Source: Hemiscyllium ocellatum (Eukaryota). From it: a stretch of DNA of 64,000 nucleotides. The stretch spans positions 19,220,001-19,284,000 of the forward strand of contig NC_083413.1 of the NCBI RefSeq assembly GCF_020745735.1, read 5' to 3'. Under the pieces are notes generated by a model. It did not search any database. It was not told where the DNA came from and saw only the letters and a program-made list of their open reading frames with translations. A program made the position numbers and the translations under genes. This document shows, in pieces, positions 1-12,092 of this stretch (the first letter of the stretch is position 1; each line of letters starts with the position of its first letter).

Positions 1-2617
1 TTCAAGGAGCTATGAACCTGCACTCCAAGGTATCTTTGTTCAGCAACACTCCCTAGGACCTTACCATTAAGTGTTTAAGTCCTGCTAAGATTTGCTTTCC
101 CAAAATGCAGTACCTCGCATTTATCTGAATTAAACTCCATCTGCCACTTCTTGGCTCATTGGCCCATCTGGTCAAGATCCTGTTGTAATCGGAGGTAATC
201 TTCTTCGCTGTCCACTAAACCTCCAATTTTGGTGTCATCTGCAAACTTACTGTACCTCTTATGCTCACATCTAAACCATTTATGTAAATGACAAAAAGTA
301 GAGGACCCAGCACCAATCCTTCTGACACTCCACTGGTCACAGACCTCCAGTCTGAAAAACAACCCTCCACCACCTTTGAGCCAGTTCTGTATACAATTGG
401 CTAGTTCTCCCTGTATTCCGTGAGCTCTAGCCTTGCTAATCAATCTCCCATGGGGAACCTTGTCGAATGCCTTAATGAAGTCCATACAGATCACATCTAC
501 TGTTCTGCCCTCATTAATCTTCTTTGTTACTTCCTCAAAAAACTCAATCAAGTTTGTGAGACATGATTTCCCACGCACAAAGCCATGTTGCCTTTCCCTA
601 GTCAGTCCTTGCCTTTCTAAGTACATGTACATCCTGCCCCTCAGGATGCCCTCCAACAACTTGCCCACCATCGACATCAGGCTCACTGGTCTATTGTTCC
701 CTGGCTTGTCCTTACCACCCTTCTTAAACAGTGGCACCACATTAGCCAAACTCCAGTCATCTGGCACCTCACCTGTGTCTATCGATGATACAAGTATCTC
801 AGCAAAGAGGCCCAGCAATCACTTCTCTAGCTTCCCACAGAGTTCTAAGGTACACCTGATCAGGTCCTGGGATTTATCCACTTTTATGCATTTCAAGACA
901 TCCAGCACTTCCTCCTTGTAATATGGACATTTTGCAAGATGTCACCATCTATTTCCCTGCAGTCTATGTCTTCCATTTCCTTTTCCACGGAAATACTGAT
1001 AAAAAATTCTCATTCAGTATCTCCCCCATTTTCTGTGGCTCCACACAAAGGCCGCCTTGCTGATCTTTGAGGGGCCCTATTCTCTCCTTAGTTACCCTTT
1101 TGTCCTTGATATATTTGTAAAACCTCTTTGGATTCTCCTTAACTCTATTTGCCAAAGTTATCTTAGGTCCCCTTTTTGCCCTCCTGATGTCCCTCTTAAG
1201 TATACTCCTACTTTCTTTATACTCTTATAAGGATTCATTCGATTTATCCTCTCTATACCTTACATATTCTTCCTTCTTTTTCTTAACCAAACCCTCAATT
1301 TATTTAGTCATCCCTATACCTACCAGCCTTTCCTTTCATCCCAACAGGAATATACTTTCTCTGGATTCTTGTTATCTCATTTCTGAAGGCTTCCCATTTT
1401 CTAGCCGTCCTTTTACCTGTGAACATCTGCCCCCAATCAGCTTTCACAAGTACTTGCCTAATAACTTTAAAATTGGCCTTTCTTCAGTTTAGAACTTCAA
1501 CTTTTAGATCTGGTCTATCCTTTTCCATCATTCTTTTAAATCTAATAGAATTATGGTCGTTGGCCCCAAAGTGATCCCCCCCCCGACACCTCAGTCACCT
1601 GCCCTGCCTTATTTCCCAAGAGTAGGTCAAGTTTTGCACCTTCTTTAGTTGGGACATCCACATACCGAGTCAGAAATTTGTCTTGTTCACACTTAACAAA
1701 TTCCTCTCGATCTAAATTGTTAACACTATGGCAGTCCCAATCTATGTTTGGAAGGTTAAAATCCCCTACCATAGCCACCCTATTTTACTTACAGATAGCT
1801 GAGATCTCCTTACAAGTTTGTTTTTCAATTTCCCTCTGACTATTAGGGGGTCTACAATACAATCCCAATAAGGTTATCATCCCTTTCTTATTTCTCAGTT
1901 CCACCCAAATATCATCCCTGGATGTATTTCCAGGAATATCCTCCCTCAGCACAGATGTAGTGCCATCCCTTATCAAAAATGCCATCATCCCCTCCTCTCT
2001 TACCTCCCTTTCTATCCTTCCTGTAACATTTGTATCCTGGAACATTAAGCTGCCAGTCCTGCCCATTCCTGAGCCATGTTTCTGTAATTGCTATGATATC
2101 CCAGTCCCATGTTCCTAAACATGCCCTGAATTCATGTGCCTTCCCTGTTAGGTCCCTTGCCTTGAAATAAATGCAGTTTAATTTATTAGTCCTACCTTGT
2201 CCCTGTCTCTCCTGACTGTTTGACTCGCTTCTGTACCAGTCTCTGCCTTTCCTCACTATCTCCCAGGGTCCCAACTCCCCCTCCCCCCTCAACACACCCC
2301 CTCCCCCACACCGACCAGCTTACTAGTTTAAATCCTCCTGAGCAGCTCGAGCAATTTTCCCTGTCAGTATATTAGTTCCCTTCCAATTTAACTGCAATCA
2401 GTCCTTTTTGTAGAGTTTACTTCTACCCCAAAAGAGATTCCAATGATCCAAAAATGTGAATCCTTCCCCCACACACCCGCCCCTCAGCCATGCATTCATC
2501 TGCTCTATCCTCCTATTCCCGCCTTCACTAGATCGTAGCATTGGGAGTAATCCAGATATTTCTACTCTCAAGAACCTCCTTTTTAAATTCTGCCTAGCTC
2601 TCTGTAATCTCCCTTCA
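1..2617 (-). mobile_element. Decayed CR1 (HER1-like) LINE: ORF1 esterase-like C-terminus, then ORF2 APE endonuclease and reverse transcriptase; 5'-truncated, runs off the left edge
   Basis: Minus-strand peptides include WDIIAITETW and VGDFNLPNIDW (APE), and DWSLANVVPLFKKG, QHGFVRGKSCLTNL, DFIKAFDKVPH and KFADDTKIGG (RT), broken by frameshifts. 2322-2615 reads ...ISGLLP...MNAWL...FLDHW...LNWKGTNIL...DLN*, a typical CR1 ORF1 end. Absent at the homologous spacer position near 21570. Confidence 0.93.
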
Positions 2618-4219
2618 TTCTACTTATAATATGCATTATATCTCACTTGAAGGGACAGAGTATTTTGTGGACACATTTTCTGATGATAGATGGACAAGAA
2701 AACACTTTTGATGCATATAATATTTGGAGAAAATATCTACAAAGGGATATATGTAGGTTAAGTGAATGGACAAAAATGTCAGGTAGAGTCTATTTATCAG
2801 ATGGATAAAATAATACTATATTAGTTCAAAAATAACATGGTTCTTATTTTAGGGGAAGTTGAGGAAGAACATCTTCCTCTAAGGACCATTATCTTTAGAA
2901 TTCTCTTTCTGAGGCAGCAGTACAAGTTGAATCATTGAATATATTCAAGAGCATGTTAAATATATTTTCAATCCACAAATAAATCAAGGATTATGAGGAG
3001 AAAGGAGGGAAGTGCTGTGTAGAGTCTATAGTCTGATCATCCATTATCTTACTAAATGATGGAGTAGGATCATGGTGGCCTGTAAAAGAGAAGACAACAA
3101 CATGAGCAACAGAGTTGAAGGGAAGATAGTCAGCAATTAATGGAATGGGACTAACTGCACTTGAGGCAAGGCTGAAGAGTTTACGGTTGGATGTTGTACC
3201 TTCCACACCCAGTTGAGTGCCTAGCTTCTACATCATCAGGAAAACCAGGCCACAGCATTTTTTTCAAATTGACCAACCAAAGCATTTACATCAAATTTCA
3301 TGTGGAATTTGGCAAAAACATTTAACTACACAATACATATAATGGCAAGATTCTTTCTCCCATTTTTGGATCCAACAAATTTTAATGTATCTTTGTTTGC
3401 TGTCTGCACTCAACACCAGCCCTCATTGCTACTTTAGTCAAAAGATGGCCAATTGTTTCAATTCTAGAAATGTGTTAAGATTGAGGAAGGTGGCATTTGA
3501 TGGAGGGCAGCCTTGAGAAACTCAAATAAAATTGAAACCATGGAAAACCTGTCCAGTGCCGAGAGCTATACTCAGCACAAAGATCTTGGAGGCAAAATAC
3601 AGTATCACTAGTTCTACAGAACGCTGATTGCAGTCCCACAATCTTAAGCCGTTTTAACAAAGAAAAGTCTTCATCAGAAAATCAGAAGTGAAATGATGAC
3701 ACTGTGTTCAGCCTCATTTTCAGTGACTCAGATAATACAGCAATTCCTGCCCAGATGCAGAAAAGCCATGGATTGCTTTCAGGCTTGGGATGGTTAAGAG
3801 GTAATGAACGTGCAAGTTACACAAGTACCAAACAGTAATCATCTTCAACAAAACAAAACTTAATCATCACCCTTTATCTTTAATTTATGTTATTATTAAG
3901 AAATTCTCCACTTCCAACATCCTGCGTGATTCCATTGGCCTGGAGATGTCATAGAAATATTATGCTTGCAAAGGCTTGATTTTCTCAGTGGAAGAATATG
4001 CTTCTCGGTTTCTCCAAGTCTTTTCACCAGCTGTGGGACACAATTGAGTAGGCTGCTGAGCCAAGCTCACTTTGCTGGGCAGTGCAACTCCAACAGCATG
4101 TCAACAAAATCGTGGAACAAAGCAGCTCACTTGGTCAAAATATGAATCACATTAAACCTGAACTTCATTTTCAGTAGTGCACCATGCCAGCAGTGTATAA
4201 TCTACAAGATTACAGAGAA

Positions 4220-4592
4220 GGGATGAACTCAGATTTCTCCAGTTTCCTCATTTCCCCTCCCCCCACCTTGTCTCAGTCGAATCCCTCGAACTCAGCACCG
4301 CCTTCCTAACCTACAATCTTCTTCCTGACCTCTCCGTCCCCACCCCACTCCGGTCTATCACCCTCACTTTGACCTCCTTCCACCTATCACATCTCCATCG
4401 CCCCTCCCCCAAGTCCCTCCTCCCTACCTTTTATCTTAGCCTGCTGGACACACTTTCCTCATTCCTGATGAAGGGCTTATGCCCGAAACGTCGAATTTCC
4501 TGTTCCTTGGATGCTGCCTGACCTGCTGCGCTTTTCCAGCAACACATTTTCAGCTCTGATCTCCAGCATCTGCAGACCTCACTTTCTCCTCC
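4220..4592 (+). mobile_element. 5'-truncated Penelope-like element (ORF end plus pLTR/3' region with hammerhead motif); copy-specific insertion
   Basis: Flanked by 9-bp direct repeat TACAGAGAA (4211-4219 / 4593-4601). Empty site in the paralogous spacers (23177, 41358). 4220-4309 translates GMNSDFSSFLISPPPTLSQSNPSNSAPPS*, matching the G(L/M)N end of PLE GIY-YIG ORFs. Confidence 0.85.
4461..4496 (+). ncRNA. Minimal type I hammerhead ribozyme motif
   Basis: ATTC-CTGATGA-A-GGGC-TTAT-GCCC-GAAA-CG-TC-GAAT: stem I ATTC/GAAT, core CUGAUGA and GAAA, stem II GGGC/GCCC, palindromic ACGT stem III, predicted cleavage after GUC (4492). Confidence 0.8.
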
Positions 4593-5404
4593 TACAGAGA
4601 ATGGTTATCACAAAGAAAGAGGCCATTCAACCTGCTGAATCTGTACCTGCCCATTAAAGGAGAAAATGTGCTTGCTTACTTCTTCACCCATGTCCCTTAA
4701 CAATATACACATTAATCTTGAGGAGCTTATCCAATTTCGTTTGAAAGCCACAAATGTATTTGCTGCCATGACTGTATTACTGACTCCATTCCAGATTATA
4801 ACTACTCACACCATAAGCATTTACTTTCCTGATGCACCATTCAGTATCTTGGAAACATTGTTCTTACTTTGCTGTTGATAATTCACAAATGTAGGGGTTT
4901 GTCTGACAGTGCAGGGTGTCTGTGTCTACACCATAAGGAGCACAGTGTTTTGTTTAGAGGAAATATAGAAATATTTAGAAATATAATGTTTAGAGGATGC
5001 TCCAGTCCAGAATTGCTTTGTGGAAATTTCAGTGCAGCTCAATGCAAGTGGAAGCATTTAAAAGGCTATTTAGGTTAGTTCAGAAATCAAAGCAGACATT
5101 CAAATCAGAAAGACATGAAATAAAAGTCAGTAAATATGCGAAAGAGAAATATGGTCTCAATTTATGTGTGTAAGGCAATTAACTACATTTTTGAGTAGAT
5201 GGCTACAAGACACAAGGTGAAGACATAGTGAAAGGTCAAAAACAGTTGGAAGACTGTGCTGTCCATCCAATCTCTAGAGTGTGAAAGCTGGTCTTTCAGT
5301 CCATACCAAGTCTCTGAATACACTTTCACCCTGACCCATACTCGGTATCTTATACCTGTAACTGTACATTTCCTGTGGCATTTCAACCTAGCTTGCACAT
5401 CCCT

Positions 5405-5503
5405 GCAGTTCCAAGGACGCAAGGCTTGCCTGAAACTTTAACTCTACTTTCTCTCTACAGTTGCTGCAAGATCTGTTGTGCTTTTCCAACAATTTGTTTT
5501 CAT
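5405..5503 (+). mobile_element. Old Penelope-like pLTR remnant with degenerate hammerhead (paralogous copies near 23988, 42169 and 62632)
   Basis: Best copy at 62632: AGTT-CTGAGGA...GAAACATC-AACT, followed by ctctccacag..ctgc.agatctgctgtgcttttccaac, the same tail as the younger elements. Confidence 0.5.
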
Positions 5504-5515
5504 GGATATTGAGTG

Positions 5516-5832
5516 ATTAGATTAGATTAGATTACTTACAGTGTGGAAACAGGCCCTTCGGCACAAGTCCACACCGACCCGCCGAAGCGCAACCCACCCA
5601 TGCCCCTACATTTACCCCTTACCTAACACTGCGGGCAGTTTAGCATGGCCAATTCACCTGACCCGCACATCTTTGGACTGTGGGAGGAAACCGGAGCACC
5701 CGGAGGAAACCCACGCAAACATGAGGAGAACGTGCAAACTCCACACAGTCAGTCGCCTGAGTCGGGAATTGAACCCGGGTCTCGGGCGCTGTGAGGCAGC
5801 AGTGCTAACCACTGTGCCACCGTGCCACCCAC
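5516..5832 (-). mobile_element. HE1-like tRNA-derived V-SINE, full length, copy-specific
   Basis: Reverse complement gives the GGCACGGTGGCACAGTGGTTAGCACTGC head, GGGTTCAATTCCC B box, V-domain and (AATCT)n tail. Empty site gagtg|g(c/t)ttgga at about 24096, 42277 and 62739. Confidence 0.92.
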
Positions 5833-6005
5833 GGTTTGGAGGAAACTTGCCATCATGGTACAATTTCTTCTCATAGTCTCATATTTGCACTAGTATTCTA
5901 TTTTTGATACAGTCCATATTTTCATATTGAATTTGACTCTCTACTGTATTGCAAAAATTGCAATTGTTATACCTACTGTTTTTCAGTCATGTTTCACCAT
6001 CCGGT

Positions 6006-6727
6006 TATTATGAATGAAAAGATGTGTACTGTACCTTTAAGAGAGAGAGGTAGCGATCAAGGACTAACTGAAAGCATAGCGTGTCCTGGACAAGGTAAAA
6101 ATATAACATTCGATTGGAACAAATAGCTGGAGTGTGTTGCCATGGAACAAAAACAAATTCAAATTCGACCAATCGGTTTAAATTATGCCCCAGATACCAA
6201 AATCCAATTGAATTTGAATTTAGTGTTTTGATTACATCAAACCAATGAAAAAAATCTGATATTTTGGGGTATAAAGCTAGATGTTTTGAACAGTTAGAGG
6301 GAGAATTGCCAAGAAAACCAACAAGTAGGGACTGTTAGCCAAATAGCGCTCTGAAATGTATCTGTCCGAAAAAAAAGTTGGTCAGCAGAAGAAGAAGAGA
6401 TGACTCAGGAAAACACAGTGAAAATCAATGAAACTGACTGATGTTGAAGCGTGATTTTGTTTTGTAAATCATAATCGGGATTTTTTTTCATCAGACTAGT
6501 ATTATAGAGTGACAGGTAAAAGACAGATTGAAGAGAAAGAAGTTGTAAATAGTTGTGGTTTTAATGTTCTCTGTTGATTTTAAAGAATCAAATAGTTAAT
6601 TTGTTACTTTAAATAGTGAAATCTGGGATAATTCTTTGCTTCTCGAAATTTAACAGATTAAGGTGCAGATGAGCTTCTCTCTATGTCAGGTATAAATTAG
6701 CAGAGTAGTTTACCCTATGTCGTAACA
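6006..6727 (+). mobile_element. Solo LTR, about 720 bp
   Basis: Ends T(G>A)TTATGA...GTCGTAACA (degenerate TG..CA inverted termini), 4-bp flanking repeat CGGT/CAGT, internal CCAAT (6242) and TATAAA (6270); AATAAA retained in the copy at 63756. Confidence 0.7.
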
Positions 6728-7124
6728 CAGTGAACATAAACTATCAATCATCCCATCCACTATGACCATGCAAAACAATTTGGGTAGTTCCATAATGCCG
6801 ACCAAAGAACACTAAAGAAATAGAAATATATTTCAAAGTCAGGATTGTGGGTTGTTTGGAGACATTCTGCTTACTGTTCTCATGCATCTGATGACCCTGT
6901 GCTTCTGGATGGTAGGTGTCATACATTTGGAAGGTGCTGTTTAAAAAGCCATGATGAATTTTGCAGTTCACCTTGTAAACGCTATTGATTATTGGCAGTG
7001 GAGGAAGAGAATATATGGGAATATGGTGACAATCAAATCAAACGGTTTGTTTTGGGTGGTGTCAAGATACTTGAGGGTTGCTTGAGCTGCACCCATCTGA
7101 GCAAGTGGGAGAATTCCAGGATAT

Positions 7125-7214
7125 TACTGATTTATAGGGCTTTTGCCCAAAACGTCGATTTCCCTGCTCCTTGGATGCTGCCTGACCTACTTTCCTTTTC
7201 CAGCACCACTCTAA
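7125..7214 (+). mobile_element. Penelope-like pLTR fragment with damaged hammerhead (copies near 25388 and 43569)
   Basis: GGGC-TTTT-GCCC-AAAACGTCGA followed by ctgctccttggatgctgcctgacct..ttttccagca. Confidence 0.65.
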
Positions 7215-8500
7215 ACTTCCTGTTCATATTTCCATCCAAGTGCCTTTTTAATGTTGCAATTCTACTAGCCTCTCCCACTTCCTTGAGTAGCTTATTCTAT
7301 ATACACACCACCATATGTGTGAAAACGTTGCCCCTAAGGTCCAACCCTTAGGTTTTGATCTTTCCCCTCTCACCTTTATCTCCCATGGCCCATAGCTTTG
7401 TACTTCCCTACAGTGGGGAAAAGACTTTGACTATTCACCCCATCCTTGCTCCTGATGGTTTTATTAACTTTTATATGGTCACCCCGAAGCCTCTGATGCT
7501 CTAAAGAAAGTAGCCTTCAGATCTTGAGCTTCTTCCTATTGCTCAAACACTGAAACCCTGGAAACAGTTTCTGTCAAACTTTTCTGAACCCCTTGAAGTT
7601 TCACAACATCTTTCTGATAACAAGGAATCCAGAAGTGGACACATACCTGGTATTCCAAACTTGGACTCACCAATGACCTATGCAGCTGCAACGTGACCTC
7701 CCAACTCCTACACTCAAAGCACTGGCAATTAAGGCAATTGTACCGAGTGCCTTCTTGACTACCCAGTCTATCTGCAACTCCATTTTCAAGGAACTATGAA
7801 CCTGCACTCCAAGGTACATTTGTTCAGCAACACTTACCAGGAGCTTCCAATCAAGTATATAAGTTACTCTCTAACAAAGTGTAGCACCTCACATTTATTG
7901 AGATTCAACTTCATCTGCCACTCCTTGGCCCATCGGCCAATCAAATCAAGGTCCCCTTACATTCTGAGGTAATGCTCTTTGCTGTCCACTACACCACCAA
8001 GTTTGGAGGCATCTGCAAAATTACTAACCATATGTCCGATATTCACATACAAATCATTTCTATAGATGACAGAAAGCAGTGGATCCAACATGAGTCCCTA
8101 TGGTGCACCGGCAAAATAGCAACCCGCCACCACCAGCCTCTGCCTTCTACCTGCAAGTCAATTTTGTTTCCAAATGGCTGGCTCTCCCTATGTTCAATGT
8201 CATCCATTGTTATTGAACAGTCTATCTTCTCAAAAACATACTGAAGTCCGTTTCGACAACATCCAATGTTTTGCTTTCATCAATTCTCTTTGTCACCACT
8301 TCAGTTCTTCAAAAAATGCAATCAACTTTGTGAGACACAATTTTCCACTCATAATGCCATGGTAACTAATCCCAATCAGTCCTAGCCTGTCCAAATCCAT
8401 AGAATTCCTTTCCATCAAAATTTCCTCCAACACCTTGTCCACCATTGATGTCAGGCTCACGTATCTACAGTGCCTGGTTATTCCTTATCACCTTTCTCAA
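7215..8500 (-). mobile_element. CR1 LINE RT and 3' fragment, decayed
   Basis: Similar to the RT part of element 1-2617; paralogous copies translate PQGLMLDPLL..IYINDL..FADASKLGG. Confidence 0.85.
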
Positions 8501-8919
8501 GTGCAGTCATAAAGTCATTCTTCTTCAGTGCTTACGTGTGTGCCCAAAGAAATTACAATGGTTCTGGCAGCATCTGGCAAGTGCAGACTGACTATGTTTA
8601 GAACTTCAGTTTGTAAACTCATGACCTGACATTTTTCCATTTTGCCAATGCTATCAAGCCAGGCATCGACTATATTTCAACGAAGAATGTAACAGGTCAA
8701 ATGGGAAGTAATTAACAGTTATATCTAACAGTTATACGTGAGCCACATTCAACGGTGTTGCCATGTAACCAGTAGACAATTGAACAAATGAGAGGGCGAA
8801 ACATTCCCCAAGTATTCCCATCCACAATGATGGAAATAATCAGTACAACAATTTAAAAGTCAGTTAATTGCAAACTTCCTCAAACCAGACAATTGTCACC
8901 CCATCCATGTAGTTATTAG

Positions 8920-9960
8920 CATTAGCAAAGGGATTGAATGTATTGTCGATAGTGTCACCAACTGGCATTTGCACAGCAATAATCTCCTCACTGATGCTCA
9001 GTTTAGATTTTAACAGAGCCATTTAGCAACCAAATTCATGAAAACCTTGGTCCAAGCATGGATACAAGAGTTGAACTCCAGAAGTGGGTTGAATGTGACT
9101 GCTCTTGATGACAAAGCATCAACCTGTGGCTTCCGCAACACCAAACAAAATTACAATCAATGCGAATTGGGAAGATGATGCTCCATGATTGAAGTCTTAT
9201 ATCGCACAAATGAAGTTGCTCGTGGTATTAGATATTAATCATCTCAATGGCAGGAGATCAGTGCAGGAATAACATCAGGTAGTGTCCTATGCCCAATCAC
9301 CTTCATCCAGTTTATCATTGACCATCAGAAGTCCAAAACTGGGAGTGTTCTCTGTTGACTGCACAATGCACAGCACCACCTACAATTCATCAGGTGCTGA
9401 AAAACCTCAAGCTGAAATACAGCAAGACCTGGTCAACACGAAGGCTTGGATTCACAAAAGGGCAAGTAAAACTGATGCCTTGTAAGTCCAAGATAACAAT
9501 CATCTCCAGCAAGAAACAATCCAATCATTTCTCTTTGACAGTTATTAGCCTGAATCACAATCAATAGCCTGAAGCATACCATTGGCCAGAAACCCAAATG
9601 AGTCATACATGGCAGTAACGTGACCACACAAGCACGTCAGTAGCTTGTAATTTTCTGGTAAGTAACTCATCTTCTCTGTACAACAGCTGTCATAGCAGCG
9701 TGGAGTCACAACTCAGGAGTGTCATGTGATATTCTCCACATCTGAAAATGTGTTGCTGGTTAAAGCACAGCAGGTTAGGCAGCATCCAAGGAACAGGAAA
9801 TTCGACGTTTCGGGCATAAGCCCTTCATCAGCTGTGATCTCCAGCATCTGCAGACCTCATTTTTTACCCGATATTCTCCACATGCCTACGTTATTGCGGC
9901 TTCAGGAACACTCAATTGTTTTGACACTACTAAGGACAAAACAACTTGTTTCATATAAAT
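8920..9960 (+). mobile_element. Ancient CR1/L2-group LINE RT fragment, interrupted by a Penelope insertion
   Basis: Paralogous copy translates NNLLTDAQFRF..HLATNFMKTL..WIQELNSR..VTALD, an RT-like peptide; heavily decayed. Confidence 0.6.
9742..9869. mobile_element. 128-bp Penelope-derived insertion with internal inversion and a minus-strand hammerhead core; copy-specific
   Basis: 14-bp direct repeat GATATTCTCCACAT (9728-9741 / 9870-9883); empty site at 28052 and 46233. 9799-9831 is the reverse complement of CTGATGAAGGGCTTATGCCCGAAACGTCGAATT. Confidence 0.85.
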
Positions 9961-10307
9961 TGAAAAGAATATAGCTGAACCATATCTGGGTAATTTCTGG
10001 AAGCTGAAGTCCCTTTTTCATGCTTGACTAGAGTTGAATAAAATATAATGGTTTGGAAACAATGAAGAATTCAGGGCTCTTTGCTTTTGAAGTAACAATA
10101 GCATCTAATCGTTTCTAATTGTTGGAGAGACTTAATAAAGCAGGAAAGGTTAGAAATGCAGTTAGCAGGATTTCATTCCATGCAGGTACATCCCAAATGA
10201 TTTCTTAGCCATCACATTACCCACTCGGCCTTTATCATCGATTAGCGGCCAACTTGATTGACACTCCACCCACCACATCCAGCATGCACTTCCTTAACCT
10301 CTGGTCG

Positions 10308-11440
10308 TAGTGTCATAGAGTCAATGAGATGTACAGCATGGAAACAGACGCTTCACTCCAAGCCAACCAGATATCCCAACCCAATCTAGTCCCACCTGCC
10401 AGCACCCGGCCCATATCCCTCCAGACTCTTACTATTCATATACCCATCCAAATGCCTCTTAAATGTTGCAATTGTACCAGCCTCCACCACTTCCTCTGGC
10501 AGCTCATTCCATACGTGTAACAACCTCTGTGTGAAAACGTTGCCTCTTAGATCTCTTTTATATCTGTCCCCTCTCACCCTAAACCTATGCCCTCTAGTCC
10601 TGGCTCCACGACCACAAGGAAAAGACTTTTCCTATTTATCCTATCCATGCCCCTCAGGATTTTGTAAACCTCTATAAGGTCATCCCTCAGCCTCCGACGT
10701 TCCAGGGAAAACAGCCCCAGCCTGTTCAGCCTCTCCATATAGCTCAAATTTTCCAACCTTGGCAATCACCTTGTCAATCTTTTCTAAACCCTTTCAAGTT
10801 TCACAACATATTTCCAATAGGAAGGAGACCAGAACTGCACACAATATTCCAACAGTGGCCTAACCAATGTTCTGTACAGCCGCAACATGACCTCCCAACT
10901 CCTGTACTCAACACTCTGACCGATAAAGGAAAGCATACCAAACACCTTCTTCACCATCCTATCTACCTGCGACTCCACAGTCAAGGAGCTATGAACCAGC
11001 ACTCCAAGTTATCTTTGTTCAGCAACATTCCCTAGGACATTACCATTAAACGTATGAGTCCTGTTTCCCAAAATGCATCACCTTGCATTTATCTGAATTA
11101 AACTCCATCTGTCACTGCTCAGCCCACAAGCCCATCTGGTCCAGATCCTGTTGTAATCTGAGGTAACCCTCTTCACTGTCCGCTACACCTCCAACTTTGG
11201 TGTCATCTGCAAACTTATCAACTGTACCTCTTATGCTCGCATCCAAATCATTGACATAAATGACAAAAAGTAGAGGGCGCAGCTCCGATCCTTGTGGCAC
11301 TCCACTGGTCACAGGCCTCCAGTCAGAAAAAAACCCTCCACCATCACCCTCTGTCTTCTACCTTTGAGCCAGTTCTGTATCCAAATGGCTGGTTCTCCCT
11401 GTATTCCATGAGATCTAACCTTGCTAATCAGTCTCCCATG
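10308..11440 (-). mobile_element. CR1 (HER1-like) LINE 3' end
   Basis: TSGVPQGSELRPLLFVIYVNDL..KFADDTKVGG; LYRTLVRPLLEYCVQFWSP; RLNRLGLFSLERRRLRDDLIEVYKI; microsatellite-like tail near 10310. Confidence 0.92.
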
Positions 11441-12092
11441 TGCACAACAGCAACATGGAACACTCTCTACAAGATGCTCAGGAGGACCATTCTTCCTTTG
11501 ACAACATCTCCTACTCTCTGGAATGGCAAAGCCTGTGGGTGAACAGAAAAATCAGCGCCTGAAATTTTCCTTTCACCAGTGCTAATTGGCTGGCTGATCA
11601 ATTCTTATTGACTGCGCATTCTTACCATCATATGATGTGTGCACAGGCAATTTGAAAAAGGTGTAATGTTTGAATATAAATCTTGTTCATGTTGTCTCAG
11701 TATATCATCAGGTAATGATTCTGCAAGCATCAGTAAGCACTTTTCAATGGAATGTTTAAGTGGGCATTGAAGCGTCCTTATTTCTGAGCCAGGAGGCCTG
11801 AGTTCAGTACTAACTCTGTAATATCATCTCTGAACAGGGTAACGAGACAGTATCGAATTGAGCACTATATCAGATCAACTCATGATCTTTAAGTAGTCAG
11901 GATTGTCCAGAAAATGCTGCCTTATAACCAAATCACATTGTGTAGTGGTTATTGTGCACTGACATTAAAACATAATAAGCATTTTAGGGCTGAAGCCTGA
12001 ATTCTGTCAGTGAAAAATGCCACTTACATCGCCACCACATAGCAGCAGCATTAAACAGCTTTCTTAACCTGCCATGCAGATGTTTAATAAAA

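Noticed and set aside
433-921. Plus-strand ORFs (162 aa here; also 28440-29190 and 46621-47191)
   Set aside because: Antisense shadows of CR1 ORF2.
156-2295. Long minus-strand RT/endonuclease ORFs as an active retroelement or a novel RT system
   Set aside because: Multiple frameshifts and deletions; an ordinary decayed CR1 LINE.
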